Source: Macrostomum lignano
Lineage: Eukaryota
Reading direction: 5' to 3'
Length of the DNA: 64,000 nt
Assembly: GCA_002269645.1 (NCBI GenBank)
Contig: NIVC01002983.1
Location: forward strand, 6,687-70,686
Part shown: one piece after another, positions 39,067-52,107 of the stretch
Layout of the letters: every line of letters starts with the position of its first letter
Position numbering within the stretch: the first letter of the stretch is position 1
Program-made: the position numbers and the translations under genes
Notes under the pieces: model-generated
The model's input: the letters and a program-made list of their open reading frames with translations, nothing else
Database searches by the model: none
Told to the model about the DNA's origin: nothing

Positions 39067-39329
39067 GTAAGCCTTTTAAGCCGTTTGCCGTTCGCTTTTT
39101 TCGTCTTTCTCGTCATTTTTTATGACAGTCTGCCGGCAGTTTTTTTGCTCCCCTTCGCCTTCTATTCTTGCAACTATCTATTTTTCTAAGAAAAGTTGAT
39201 TGACAGCCGATGTCTGTTTGCTAACTTCACTTCCTTCTTTATATATATTTTTCTATCTAGTTTCTAGTATTCCGTTTTTTTGACGCATTTAAAAAAGTTT
39301 GTACTGTATTTTCTTTTTCTGAATTCGCT

Positions 39330-40188
39330 GCCACCCACTGAAGTACCTGAAAGAGGGCAGTGGCACCCACTGAAGTATCTGAAGAAAGCGGAGGCACTCA
39401 CTGAAGTACTTGAAAGAGGGCAGTGGCACCTACTGAAGTACCTGAAAGAGGGAAGTGGCACCCACTGAAGTACCTGAAAGAGGGAAGTGGCACCCACTGA
39501 AGTATCTAAAGAGAGCGGTGGCACCCACTGAAGTATCTGAAGAAGGCAGTGGCACCCACTGAAGTACCTGAAGAGGGCAGTGGCACCCACTGAAGTACCT
39601 GAAAGAGGGAAGTGGCACCCACTGAAGTATCTGAAGAGAGCGGTGGCACCCACTGAAGTACCTGAAGAAGTCAGTGGCACCCACTGAAGTACTTGAAAGA
39701 GGGAAGTGGCACCCACTGAAGTACCTGAAAGAGGGCAGTGGCACCCACTGAACTACCTGAAGAGGGCAGTGGCACCCACTGAAGTACCTGAAAGAGGGCA
39801 GTGGCACCCACTGAACTACCTGAAGAGGGCAGTGGCACCCACTGAAGTATCTGAAGAGAGCGGTGGCACCCACTGAAGTACCTGAAAGAGAGTGGTGGCA
39901 CCCACTGAAGTATCTGAAGAGAGAGCGGTGGCACCCACTGAAGTATCTGAAGAGAGAGCGGTGGCACCCACTGAAGTATCTGAACAGGGCAGTGGCACCC
40001 ACTGAAGTATCTGAACAGGGCAGTGGCATCCACTGAAGTATCTGAACAGGGCAGTGGCACCCACTGAAGTATCTGAACAGGGCAGTGGCACCCACTGAAG
40101 TATCTGAAGAGAGAGCGGAGGCACCCACTGAAGTATCTGAAGAGAGAGCGGAGGCACCCACTGAAGTATCTGAAGAGAGAGCGGCACC
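39330..40188. repeat. 31-33-bp minisatellite (GTGGCACCCACTGAAGTAyCTGAA(A)GAGGGCA)n, CEP170 intron 2
   Basis: Direct. Confidence 0.93.
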
Positions 40189-40267
40189 CTATGCATACTT
40201 CTCAGGTTCTATAGATACTCGTGCATAGGCGTACAATGATACAGAACCGTTATATTTTCATTGCCAG

Positions 40268-40582
40268 ACATTTGTCAACGAGAGCAGAATAGCCGAGGAC
40301 ACCTATGTTTACCTTAACAATGGCGATTCGCTTCGGTTTGGTTACGATTCTAACGTGTTTCGAGTGCAAAGATTTTCCCCAACTACCGCCGCTGCCACAA
40401 CGTCTTCTGCGGCCTCCTCAACGCCTCCTTCAGCTGCTCCGTCTGCTTCAGTGCCCGCGACCGCCGCCTCTGCCCTGAAAAAGTCCGAGCATCCGCCTGT
40501 TGTGTCTCGACCGTCTCTCAGTGGCTTGCCCGAATGGGCTACTGGCGCCGCTAAGGGTGTCTCAGCTATGGCCGAGTGTCCG
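40268..40582 (+). CDS. CEP170: CEP170-like exon 3 (FHA end plus linker)
   Basis: TFVNESRIAEDTYVYLNNGDSLRFGYDSNVFRV. Ends ECP|GTGAGT at 40583, the first of 85 tandem donors. Confidence 0.88.
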
Positions 40583-43500
40583 GTGAGTTGTGTCTTCTTA
40601 GTGTCTAATATTGGGGTGGAGTGTCTGGTGAGTTGTGTCTTCTTAGTGTCTAATATTGGGGTGGAGTGTCCGGTGAGTTGTGTCTTCTTAGTGTCTAATA
40701 TTGGGGTGGAGTGTCTGGTGAGTTGTGTCTTCTTAGTGTCTAATATTGGGGTGGAGTGTCCGGTGAGTTGTGTCTTCTTAGTGTCTAATATTGGGGTGGA
40801 GTGTCTGGTGAGTTGTGTCTTCTTAGTGTCTAATATTGGGGTGGAGTGTCTGGTGAGTTGTGTCTTCTTAGTGTCTAATATTGGGGTGGAGTGTCCGGTG
40901 AGTTGTGTCTTCTTAGTGTCTAATATTGGGGTGGAGTGTCTGGTGAGTTGTGTATTCTTAGTGTCTAATATTGGGGTGGAGTGTCTGGTGAGTTGTGTCT
41001 TCTTAGTGTCTAATATTGGGGTGGAGTGTCTGGTGAGTTGTGTCTTCTTAGTGTCTAATATTGGGGTGGAGTGTCCGGTGAGTTGTGTCTTCTTAGTGTC
41101 TAATATTGGGGTGGAGTGTCCGGTGAGTTGTGTCTTCTTAGTGTCTAATATTGGGGTGGAGTGTCCGGTGAGTTGTGTCTTCTTAGTGTCTAATATTGGG
41201 GTGGAGTGTCCGGTGAGTTGTGTCTTCTTAGTGTCTAATATTGGGGTGGAGTGTCCGGTGAGTTGTGTCTTCTTAGTGTCTAATATTGGGGTGGAGTGTC
41301 CGGTGAGTTGTGTCTTCTTAGTGTCTAATATTGGGGTGGAGTGTCCGGTGAGTTGTGTCTTCTTAGTGTCTAATATTGGGGTGGAGTGTCTGGTGAGTTG
41401 TGTCTTCTTAGTGTCTAATATTGGGGTGGAGTGTCCGGTGAGTTGTGTCTTCTTAGTGTCTAATATTGGGGTGGAGTGTCTGGTGAGTTGTGTCTTCTTA
41501 GTGTCTAATATTGGGGTGGAGTGTCTGGTGAGTTGTGTCTTCTTAGTGTCTAATATTGGGGTGGAGTGTCCGGTGAGTTGTGTATTCTTAGTGTCTAATA
41601 TTGGGGTGGAGTGTCTGGTGAGTTGTGTCTTCTTAGTGTCTAATATTGGGGTGGAGTGTCCGGTGAGTTGTGTCTTCTTAGTGTCTAATATTGGGGTGGA
41701 GTGTCTGGTGAGTTGTGTCTTCTTAGTGTCTAATATTGGGGTGGAGTGTCTGGTGAGTTGTGTCTTCTTAGTGTCTAATATTGGGGTGGAGTGTCCGGTG
41801 AGTTGTGTATTCTTAGTGTCTAATATTGGGGTGGAGTGTCTGGTGAGTTGTGTCTTCTTAGTGTCTAATATTGGGGTGGAGTGTCCGGTGAGTTGTGTCT
41901 TCTTAGTGTCTAATATTGGGGTGGAGTGTCCGGTGAGTTGTGTCTTCTTAGTGTCTAATATTGGGGTGGAGTGTCCGGTGAGTTGTGTCTTCTTAGTGTC
42001 TAATATTGGGGTGGAGTGTCCGGTGAGTTGTGTCTTCTTAGTGTCTAATATTGGGGTGGAGTGTCCGGTGAGTTGTGTATTCTTAGTGTCTAATATTGGG
42101 GTGGAGTGTCTGGTGAGTTGTGTCTTCTTAGTGTCTAATATTGGGGTGGAGTGTCCGGTGAGTTGTGTCTTCTTAGTGTCTAATATTGGGGTGGAGTGTC
42201 TGGTGAGTTGTGTCTTCTTAGTGTCTAATATTGGGGTGGAGTGTCTGGTGAGTTGTGTCTTCTTAGTGTCTAATATTGGGGTGGAGTGTCCGGTGAGTTG
42301 TGTCTTCTTAGTGTCTAATATTGGGGTGGAGTGTCTGGTGAGTTGTGTCTTCTTAGTGTCTAATATTGGGGTGGAGTGTCCGGTGAGTTGTGTCTTCTTA
42401 GTGTCTAATATTGGGGTGGAGTGTCTGGTGAGTTGTGTCTTCTTAGTGTCTAATATTGGGGTGGAGTGTCCGGTGAGTTGTGTCTTCTTAGTGTCTAATA
42501 TTGGGGTGGAGTGTCTGGTGAGTTGTGTCTTCTTAGTGTCTAATATTGGGGTGGAGTGTCCGGTGAGTTGTGTCTTCTTAGTGTCTAATATTGGGGTGGA
42601 GTGTCCGGTGAGTTGTGTATTCTTAGTGTCTAATATTGGGGTGGAGTGTCCGGTGAGTTGTGTCTTCTTAGTGTCTAATATTGGGGTGGAGTGTCTGGTG
42701 AGTTGTGTCTTCTTAGTGTCTAATATTGGGGTGGAGTGTCCGGTGAGTTGTGTCTTCTTAGTGTCTAATATTGGGGTGGAGTGTATGGTGAGTTGTGTCT
42801 TCTTAGTGTCTAATATTGGGGTGGAGTGTCCGGTGAGTTGTGTCTTCTTAGTGTCTAATATTGGGGTGGAGTGTCTGGTGAGTTGTGTCTTCTTAGTGTC
42901 TAATATTGGGGTGGAGTGTCCGGTGGGTTGTGTCTTCTTAGTGTCTAATATTGGGGTGGAGTGTCCGGTGAGTTGTGTCTTCTTAGTGTCTAATATTGGG
43001 GTGGAGTGTCCGGTGAGTTGTGTCTTCTTAGTGTCTAATATTGGGGTGGAGTGTCTGGTGAGTTGTGTCTTCTTAGTGTCTAATATTGGGGTGGAGTGTC
43101 TGGTGAGTTGTGTATTCTTAGTGTCTAATATTGGGGTGGAGTGTCTGGTGAGTTGTGTCTTCTTAGTGTCTAATATTGGGGTGGAGTGTCTGGTGAGTTG
43201 TGTCTTCTTAGTGTCTAATATTGGGGTGGAGTGTCTGGTGAGTTGTGTCTTCTTAGTGTCTAATATTGGGGTGGAGTGTCTGGTGAGTTGTGTCTTCTTA
43301 GTGTCTAATATTGGGGTGGAGTGTCTGGTGAGTTGTGTCTTCTTAGTGTCTAATATTGGGGTGGAGTGTCTGGTGAGTTGTGTCTTCTTAGTGTCTAATA
43401 TTGGGGTTGTGTGTCCGGTGAGTTGTGTCTTCTTAGTGTCTAATATTGGGGTGGAGTGTCTGGTGAGTTGTGTCTTCTTAGTGTCTAATATTGGGGTGGA

Positions 43501-44370
43501 GTGTCCGGTGAGTTGTGTATTCTTAGTGTCTAATATTGGGGTGGAGTGTCTGGTGAGTTGTGTCTTCTTAGTGTCTAATATTGGGGTGGAGTGTCCGGTG
43601 AGTTGTGTCTTCTTAGTGTCTAATATTGGGGTGGAGTGTCCGGTGAGTTGTGTCTTCTTAGTGTCTAATATTGGGGTGGAGTGTCTGGTGAGTTGTGTCT
43701 TCTTAGTGTCTAATATTGGGGTGGAGTGTCTGGTGAGTTGTGTCTTCTTAGTGTCTAATATTGGGGTGGAGTGTCTGGTGAGTTGTGTCTTCTTAGTGTC
43801 TAATATTGGGGTGGAGTGTCTGGTGAGTTGTGTCTTCTTAGTGTCTAATATTGGGGTGGAGTGTCTGGTGAGTTGTGTATTCTTAGTGTCTAATATTGGG
43901 GTGGAGTGTCCGGTGAGTTGTGTATTCTTAGTGTCTAATATTGGGGTGGAGTGTCTGGTGAGTTGTGTCTTCTTAGTGTCTAATATTGGGGTGGAGTGTC
44001 CGGTGAGTTGTGTCTTCTTAGTGTCTAATATTGGGGTGGAGTGTCTGGTGAGTTGTGTCTTCTTAGTGTCTAATATTGGGGTGGAGTGTCCGGTGAGTTG
44101 TGTCTTCTTAGTGTCTAATATTGGGGTGGAGTGTCCGGTGAGTTGTGTCTTCTTAGTGTCTAATATTGGGGTGGAGTGTCCGGTGAGTTGTGTCTTCTTA
44201 GTGTCTAATATTGGGGTGGAGTGTCTGGTGAGTTGTGTCTTCTTAGTGTCTAATATTGGGGTGGAGTGTCCGGTGAGTTGTGTCTTCTTAGTGTCTAACA
44301 TTGGGGTTGTGTGTCCGGTGAGTTGTGTCTTCTTAGTGTCTAACATTGGGGTTGTGTGTCCGGTGAGTTT
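40574..44370. repeat. 45-bp minisatellite (GAGTGTCyGGTGAGTTGTGTCTTCTTAGTGTCTAATATTGGGGTG)n containing the exon 3 donor
   Basis: Exact 45-bp phase. GT donors run from 40583 to 44363 (84 x 45). Confidence 0.98.
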
Positions 44371-45109
44371 GTGTCTTTTTAGTGCGTAATATTAGGCGTG
44401 TCCATGTTTCGATATGCATGCAGTTTTAAGAACAATGGACTTTAATTAACATTGCTTTAATCAGTCAGTCAGTAAAGCAGAAAAAATAGCAGAATGCTTT
44501 CTCCATGCTGCTGTATTTGAAATTGTAGCGAATAGCGAAACCGTAGAGTTCTTGGTTGCATTGAGTCTATAGAAGAGAGCGGAAAGTGACTGCAATGCTA
44601 ATTGGTGTTGCATTACCAAAAGTCTCAGTTCACCTTACTAAGCCTAGCTAATGCAATGCTAAGTTACCATAGCAGTGGTTGAACAAACGACTTTCTTAAA
44701 GTAAGTCAGTTTTATGTAAGGCAGTACACAGACCGCTTTTGCGTATTATTAAATGTCTGCAGAAATGCAGTGTAGCGTAACTTATAACAACAGGAGTGTT
44801 AGAAAATGGTGAATTCGCTTAGTAATATCTGTAATAATATCAATATTAGTTCAACATGAATAGTTTTGTGTAAGTTAGTAAAACAGAATTAGATAAGCAA
44901 CAAGGATTCTAGCGGGTTTTTTTAGCGCTGATGCGTTTTGTATAGGGCTGATCGGTAAACTTTTCTGGTAATTTGTTCGAAGTTTTAAATTAGGGTAAGA
45001 GAGGGAGAAAGAGGGAAAGGAGAAACAGGCTGACAGAACAGAATGGAAGACCTTCGGAAATACACATCCAGAATATACTCGTATTTAGACCAAGAGATAA
45101 GCACTCTAG

Positions 45110-45495
<386 letters not shown>

Positions 45496-45612
45496 CAATA
45501 CTGATTTCCACAACAAATTTAGAAACTTGTGCACTAATTCTACTACTGCAAGTAAAACTGCAGCAAAGCGCAGGCAATTTTACCAGTTAAACTACAATAA
45601 ACATTCACCCAG

Positions 45613-45961
45613 GCCTGCACTCAGGGCAGCGAAGAATTTCGCCGGTCAAGCGCAGACCTGAGCAGACTGTGCCTGTTTCATCAGAAGGAGCTGGATCGCG
45701 TCTCCACCGCAGCTAGCATGCCCTCGCCTGGTCAACAATCGGCGGCACCAGCAACAGCAGCGACCTCTAGCAAACCGGCTGTAACCGCCTCAGTGACCGC
45801 TTCTGTAGCTGGAATGCAGGATCCCGGCTTCTCAAAAGATTCGCTCAATTTCAACTCTAACAATACTACTCAAAATAGTAATACTAGTAAGGATGGCGCC
45901 AAGGAAGCTAGTTGCAGCAAAAATAACTTTTCTAGAGGCGTTGAACGAAAGAAGATTAAAG
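45613..45961 (+). CDS. CEP170: CEP170-like exon 4
   Basis: ttcacccag|ACTQGSEEFRRSS...KKIK then G|GTAAGA. Phase 0 in, phase 1 out, matching both neighbours. Confidence 0.72.
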
Positions 45962-46039
45962 GTAAGAAGATAAGCTCTGTAAGACTGGCTCGAGTTGTTT
46001 ATGGATTGTTTAAATATGGGATTTAAAGATCCCTACTAG

Positions 46040-47460
46040 AATTTAGGATCTAGATATCTGAGATTTGAGATCTAGATTTCTGATATTCAGAATCTAGACA
46101 TCTGCGATTTGGGATCTAGATTTCGGAGATTTGGGATCTAGATTTCGGAGATTTGGGATCTAGATTTCGGAGATTTGGGATCTAGATTTCGGAGATTTGG
46201 GATCTAGATTTCTGAGATTTGGGATCTAGATTTCGGAGATTTGGGATCTAGATTTCGGAGATTTGGGATCTAGAGTTCTGAGATTTGGGATCTAGAGTTC
46301 TGAGATTTTGGATCTAGATTTCTGAGATTTAGGATCTAGATTTCTGATATTCAGAATCTAGATATCTGCGATTTGAGGTCTAGATTTCTGAGATTTAGGA
46401 TCTAGATTTCTGATATTCAGAATCTAGATATCTGCGATTTGGGATCTAGATTTCTGAGATTTGGGATCTAGATTTCTGAGATTTGGGATCTAGATTTCGG
46501 AGATTTGGAATCTAGATTTCTGATATTCAGAATCTAGACATCTGCGATTTGGGATCTAGATTTCGGAGATTTGGGATCTAGATTTCGGAGATTTGGGATC
46601 TAGATTTCGGAGATTTGGGATCTAGATTTCTGAGATTTGGGATCTAGATATCTGAGATTTGAGATCTAGATTTCTGATATTCAGAATCTAGACATCTGCG
46701 ATTTGGGATCTAGATTTCGGAGATTTAGGATCTAGATTTCTGAGATTTAGGATCTAGATTTCGGAGATTTAGGATCTAGATTTCGGATATTTAGAATTTA
46801 GATTTCTGAGATTTAGGATCTAGATTTAGGAGATTTAGGATCTAGATTTCTGAGATTTAGGATCTAGATTTCTGAGATTTAGTATCTAGATTTCTGAGAT
46901 TTAGGATCTAGATTTCGGAGATTTAGGATCTAGATTTCTGAGATTTAGGATCTAGATTTCTGAGATTTAGGATCTAGATTTCTGAGATTTAGTATCTAGA
47001 TTTCTGAGATTTAGGATCTAGATTTCGGAGATTTAGGATCTAGATATCTGAGATTTATGATCTAGATTTCTGAGATTTAGGATCTAGATTTCTGAGATTT
47101 AGTATCTAGATTTCTGAGATTTAGGATCTAGATTTCGGAGATTTAGGATCTAGATTTCGGATATTTAGGATTTAGATTTCTGAGATTTAGGATCTAGATT
47201 TAGGAGATTTAGGATCTAGATTTCTGAGATTTAGGATCTAGATTTCTGAGATTTAGTATCTAGATTTCTGAGATTTAGGATCTAGATTTCGGAGATTTAG
47301 GATCTAGATTTCTGAGATTTAGGATCTAGATTTCTGAGATTTAGGATCTAGATTTCTGAGATTTAGTATCTAGATTTCTGAGATTTAGGATCTAGATTTC
47401 GGAGATTTAGGATCTAGATATCTGAGATTTAGGATCTAGATATCTGAGATTTGGGATATG
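46040..47460. repeat. 22-bp minisatellite (GATCTAGATTTCyGAGATTTrG)n, CEP170 intron 4
   Basis: Direct. The AGTATCTAGA variant recurs at 110-bp steps (46881, 46991, 47101). Confidence 0.95.
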
Positions 47461-47554
47461 GATATTTTATTTTTGGCAGCTACATTTTAATGCCTTCCAT
47501 TATTGAAAATCTAATAAAAAATAGCTATGAAAAACTCAACTTGGCGACTCCCAG

Positions 47555-48549
47555 AACTCTACGGCCAGCCCGACTGGTGGGGCACCGACGACGCCGATGA
47601 AGAACGAGAGCAGCAATCTGCGAAACAGAAAAAGCAGCAGCCGCCGCCGCCCCCGCCGCCCCCGCAACCAGCGTCGCCGCCTCGACGCATGCCGAATCGT
47701 CACGCCGAAGCGTTCACGGTGGCTCTGGACCCGTCGGCCGAAGACCCGACATCATCAACCGAGTGTGTCGCTGGCGACGGCGGCGGCGGAGGCACCGGTT
47801 TCGTCGCCGGCAGTGGCGTGGGCGGCGGCAGCGGCGACGGCCTACAAGTGACGGACAGTCTCAGCCGGTTTGTGCCGTCAAAAATTCGTAAAAGCTTCCA
47901 GGAGAGGCAGGAAATGAAACGGAAGAAAGTTGAAGAACTGCGCGAGCGGACGCGGCAGCAGCAGCAGCAGCAGGTGCCGCCGTCGGCGTCTGTTGCTAAG
48001 CGACCAATCGCCGCCTCTAGACAGTCGTCGGCCCCCCTGGCGCCTGGCGCCGTTACTAAACCAACTTCCGGTGGCGCCTCGGCGCCATCTAGAAATGCTC
48101 GAAGCGTCAGCGGAACCGGAAGCGGCGGAAAAGCTTTATTGTTTGATCGCCTGTTAAATAGCAACAGTAGGGTTGGCGGAGGTGGCGGCGCCGGCGCTGC
48201 TACGGATCGGCGCCGAACTAGCGCCAAATCTGGCGCCGCTAGTTCAACCGGTGGCGGCGGCGCCGCAAGTCGGATTAGTATTCGAGATAAGCCATTGCCG
48301 CCGCCTCCGCCGCCGTCTAAAAAGCAGCAAAAACAGAAGCCACAGCAGCAGCAGCAGCAGCAGCACCCACTATCCGAGCAAGACCTCTACTCAGAAGCTG
48401 CTCAATACGAAGATGAGCAACCAGACGAGGATAATGAGGATGCTGCGAGCGAGACTGGCACCTACACAATATCTGAGAGCGGCAGCGCGCACGAGGACGC
48501 TGAGTTCAGGCATCTGGAGGCTCTGGCTGACAGTCTCGACGCGGGACAG
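47555..48549 (+). CDS. CEP170: CEP170-like exon 5
   Basis: LYGQPDWWG and SETGTYTI are conserved CEP170-family motifs. ctcccag acceptor, CAG|GTGCGA donor. Confidence 0.88.
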
Positions 48550-48577
48550 GTGCGATTTACTTACTTTATTACCATTA

Positions 48578-49320
48578 GAATTGGTTGCTATGGGTGGAAT
48601 TTGGAATGATTGGTTGCTATGGGTGGGATTTAGGATGATTGGTTGCTATGGGTGGGATTTGAGATGATTGGTTGCTATGGGTGGAATTTGGAATGATTGG
48701 TTGCTATGGGTGGGATTTAGGATGATTGGTTGCTATGGGTGGGATTTAGGATGATTGGTTGCTATGGGTGGGATTTAGGATGATTGGTTGCTATGGGTGG
48801 GATTTAGGATGATTGGTTGCTATGGGTGGGATTTAGGATGATTGGTTGCTATGGGTGGGATTTACGATGATTGGTTGTTATGGGTGGGATTTAGGATGAT
48901 TGGTTGCTATGGGTGGGATTTAGGATGATTGGTTGCTATGGGTGGGATTTAGGATGATTGGTTGCTATGGGTGGGATTTAGGATGATTGGTTGCTATGGG
49001 TGGGATTTACGATGATTGGTTGTTATGGGTGGGATTTAGGATGATTGGTTGCTATGGGTGGGATTTGGGATAATTGGTTGCTATGGGTGGTATTTGGGAT
49101 GATTGGTTGCTATGTTTGGGATTTAGGATGATTGGTTGCTATGGGTGGTATTTGGGATGATTGGTTGCTATGTTTGGGATTTAGGATGATTGGTTGCTAT
49201 GGTTGGTATTTAGGATGATTGGTTGCTATGGGTGGGATTTAGGATGATTAGTTGCTATGGGTGGGCTTTGTGATAATTGGTTGCTATGGCAGGGATTCGA
49301 TTACTGGTTGCTATGAGTGG
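48578..49320. repeat. 29-bp minisatellite (GATGATTGGTTGCTATGGGTGGGATTTAG)n, CEP170 intron 5
   Basis: About 25 units. Confidence 0.95.
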
Positions 49321-49820
49321 CAGTTAAAATGATTAGACTCATTACTAATAATGGTTCGCCATCGCATGATGAAGTAAATAAGTTAGTTAATTCTCTGCTG
49401 CCGCATTAATCTACTTTAGTGTTGAATATTTTTTTAATCAATTTTTCCTATCTCAGTCTCAAGGCTTGTCGATAATTTATGACTCAAAAGTCGGCACAAT
49501 AGTACAAATAATATGCATGCGAGTCGCGCTTATTGAGTCGGATTGGCAGATTGGCAGCATGAATATATATATATATGCTAAGTAAGGAAGTCAGGTCAGA
49601 GATGAAAGCAAATTAAAAGCCGTAAAAACTTATTTGCTGCTGCTGAACTCAGCTGCGGAAATCTCCGCCCAATTCCTCCTCTCCCCTATATCCCCTTCAA
49701 GCCCTTCTTATCGGCGCCGTTATCGTTCCTCAGCACCACAGTTCACCCTCGTAAAAATTCAACTGGGACCAGTTGAATCCAATTTGCACGAGTGTGGCCG
49801 TGCTTGGGGTCTCTGAGTAG

Positions 49821-49864
49821 GCGAGAGGTCAGAGCAGCTCACCGCGCGGTGATCCATGGTGAGT
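49821..49864 (+). promoter_or_regulatory. Candidate alternative first exon end (ATG|GTGAGT) inside CEP170 intron 5
   Basis: CCATG|GTGAGT at 49856-49864 is phase 0 and compatible with exon 6. No stop-free in-frame internal-exon reading was found. Confidence 0.35.
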
Positions 49865-50611
49865 GAGTATGAATCTGTCAAAGAGTACTAGATATTCAAC
49901 CTGGAGTTATAGATTACTTATTTTGGGTTAATCCTTAGAAATATCGAAATCCCGTTGTTCTCTAAAAGCTATTGAAATTGCAGAATATTATCAAACAATA
50001 GCAGTAACTTTGTGCGCTAATTCTATCATTAATCATTGCTAGTGCATTAGCAGCAGACCACTATGGAGATATGTACATGTATGCTTAGCATAGTGGATTG
50101 AAACGCATGTCTATTTTAGCTAGCAAACTATACTATGAGTTATATATTCCAGTTTGTTTCAAAGTATAATAAATTAAAATTTAAAGCCTGACGCCACTTC
50201 TTTGATTCACCACTTCAGTTCTATTAGATTTCTGCATGCTTACTCAAGTTTCTATGGCTGAGCAGTTAGGTTCGTAATTGGGAGGCCAAGAGCTAGGCCT
50301 GGGACCAATGAAAAATCTTCACTAGAGTTATACTTTAACTTCTCTCCCTCCCGAATTCATCTCTGCTCCATCTCCAGAAATTTAGACTTAACTGGAATCT
50401 CTATGGACTGCGATCCTTCTTTGTTGCAACAAAGCAGTGTCTGTGTGTAAACCAATTCTAAAAGACAAATTACTATTAACTGGTTGATTAATTACATATA
50501 ATAGGAGAATTAATCTTAATAATAATGAACTTTATCGCTCGGCCGTTAATGCGAATTAAAAAGGTAAGCGGCAGTGGCCTAATTAAGTATTGGTTATTTT
50601 TGTATATTAGA

Positions 50612-52107
50612 CTAGCGCTGCGTGCCCCCCTGTGGGGGCTAGAAGCGGTTTTAGTAAATATTATAAATTATACTACAAGTGTAATAAACTGGCATCTGAC
50701 ATCCACATCAAGACAAGCTATTCCACCAGCAATAGAACATTTTAGTATAGTCCACTAGTAGTCTTGAGCCCCCCGCCCGTTCGAGAATCAACAAATGAAG
50801 GACGAAACGTAATTTTCGAAACATATCGTCACTTGCCCCCCTCTCTCTTTCGAGCGCATTGCTGCTCGTAACACTATCTAAATGAAAGCCTAGTAAAGTA
50901 CAACCCCACGGCTATTCACCCATTTACCAAAATGTAAAGGCCTGTTGATCATAAATCCTCTCCCTATACTATCCATGCTCTTATTTGAGGAAGGATTATT
51001 GTGTTGGATTTGGTAATGCTCAAACTCGGGCCTATAAATCCCTGCAATGTGATTGCTTTCTTAGCCTCCGGCTTTATCTGCGAGCGAAGCGAAGCTAGCC
51101 ATTTCGGAATAATTCCCTTTTTTGCTTACAACAGCAGATAGCAAAAGAGCAAGACGAATGAATTCGCTTTGACCACTGCTGTCTTTTGCGTCACTGAAAA
51201 CACTAAGGAATTGTCCCGAGTTCACACTAGATTCAATTCTTGTTACAAATAGAATGAGTCCCAATTCCAAACTTCCATGAGTCCGAATTCCACACTTCCA
51301 TGAGCCCCAATTCCACATTTCCATGAGTCCCATTCCACACTTCCATGAGTTCGAATTACAAACTTCAATGAGTCCCAATTCCACACTTCCATGAGTCCGA
51401 ATTCCACACTTCCATGAGTCCCAATTCCACACTTCCATGAGTCCGAATTCCACACTTCCTTGAGTCCCAATTCCACACTTCCATGAGTCCCAATTCCACA
51501 CTTCCTTGAGTCCCAATTCCACACTTCCATGAGTCCGAATTCCACACTTCCATGAGTTCGAATTACAAACTTCAATGAGTCCGAATTCCACACTTCCATG
51601 AGTCCGAATTCCACACTTCCATGAGTCCGAATTCCACACTTCCTTGAGTCCGAATTCCACACTTCCTTGAGTCCGAATTCCACACTTCCTTGAGTCCCAA
51701 TTCCACACTTCCATGAGTCCGAATTCCACACTTCCATGAGTCCGAATTCCACACTTCCTTGAGTCCGAATTCCACACTTCCTTGAGTCCCAATTCCACAC
51801 TTCCTTGAGTCCCAATTCCACACTTCCATGAGTCCGAATTCCACACTTCTATGAGTCCGAATTCCACACTTCCTTGAGTCCGAATTCCACACTTCCTTGA
51901 GTCCCAATTCCACACTTCCTTGAGTCCCAATTCCACACTTCCATGAGTCCGAATTCCAAACTTTCTGTGCCCCAATTCCAAACTTCCACGAGTTAAAAGT
52001 CCCAATTCAAAACTTAGATGAGTCCCACTTCCAAACTGACGAGTCACAATCACAAGTAAAATCAATCCCATTTTCATACTGTAAGCTAAGTTTTTCAGTA
52101 CAGTGGA
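50612..52107 (-). mobile_element. Possible Helitron-like element carrying the 23-bp array
   Basis: GCCCCC-ACA-GGGGG hairpin + CTAG end at 50612. A second hairpin + CTAG end (52108-52132) abuts a TC at 52107. Confidence 0.35.
51255..52030. repeat. 23-bp minisatellite (GAGTCCsAATTCCACACTTCCwT)n
   Basis: Direct. Confidence 0.94.

Noticed and set aside
40342-44346. 1334-aa minus-strand ORF (TPILDTKKTQLTxHS)n
   Set aside because: Antisense shadow of the 45-bp array plus exon 3. No independent splice or promoter evidence.
40574-44370. CRISPR-like appearance of the regular arrays here and elsewhere
   Set aside because: Units are contiguous with no unique spacers, there are no cas genes, and the context is eukaryotic.
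51061-52077. 338-aa Trp/Cys-rich minus-strand ORF
   Set aside because: Translation of the 23-bp array; a non-triplet unit that cycles through frames.
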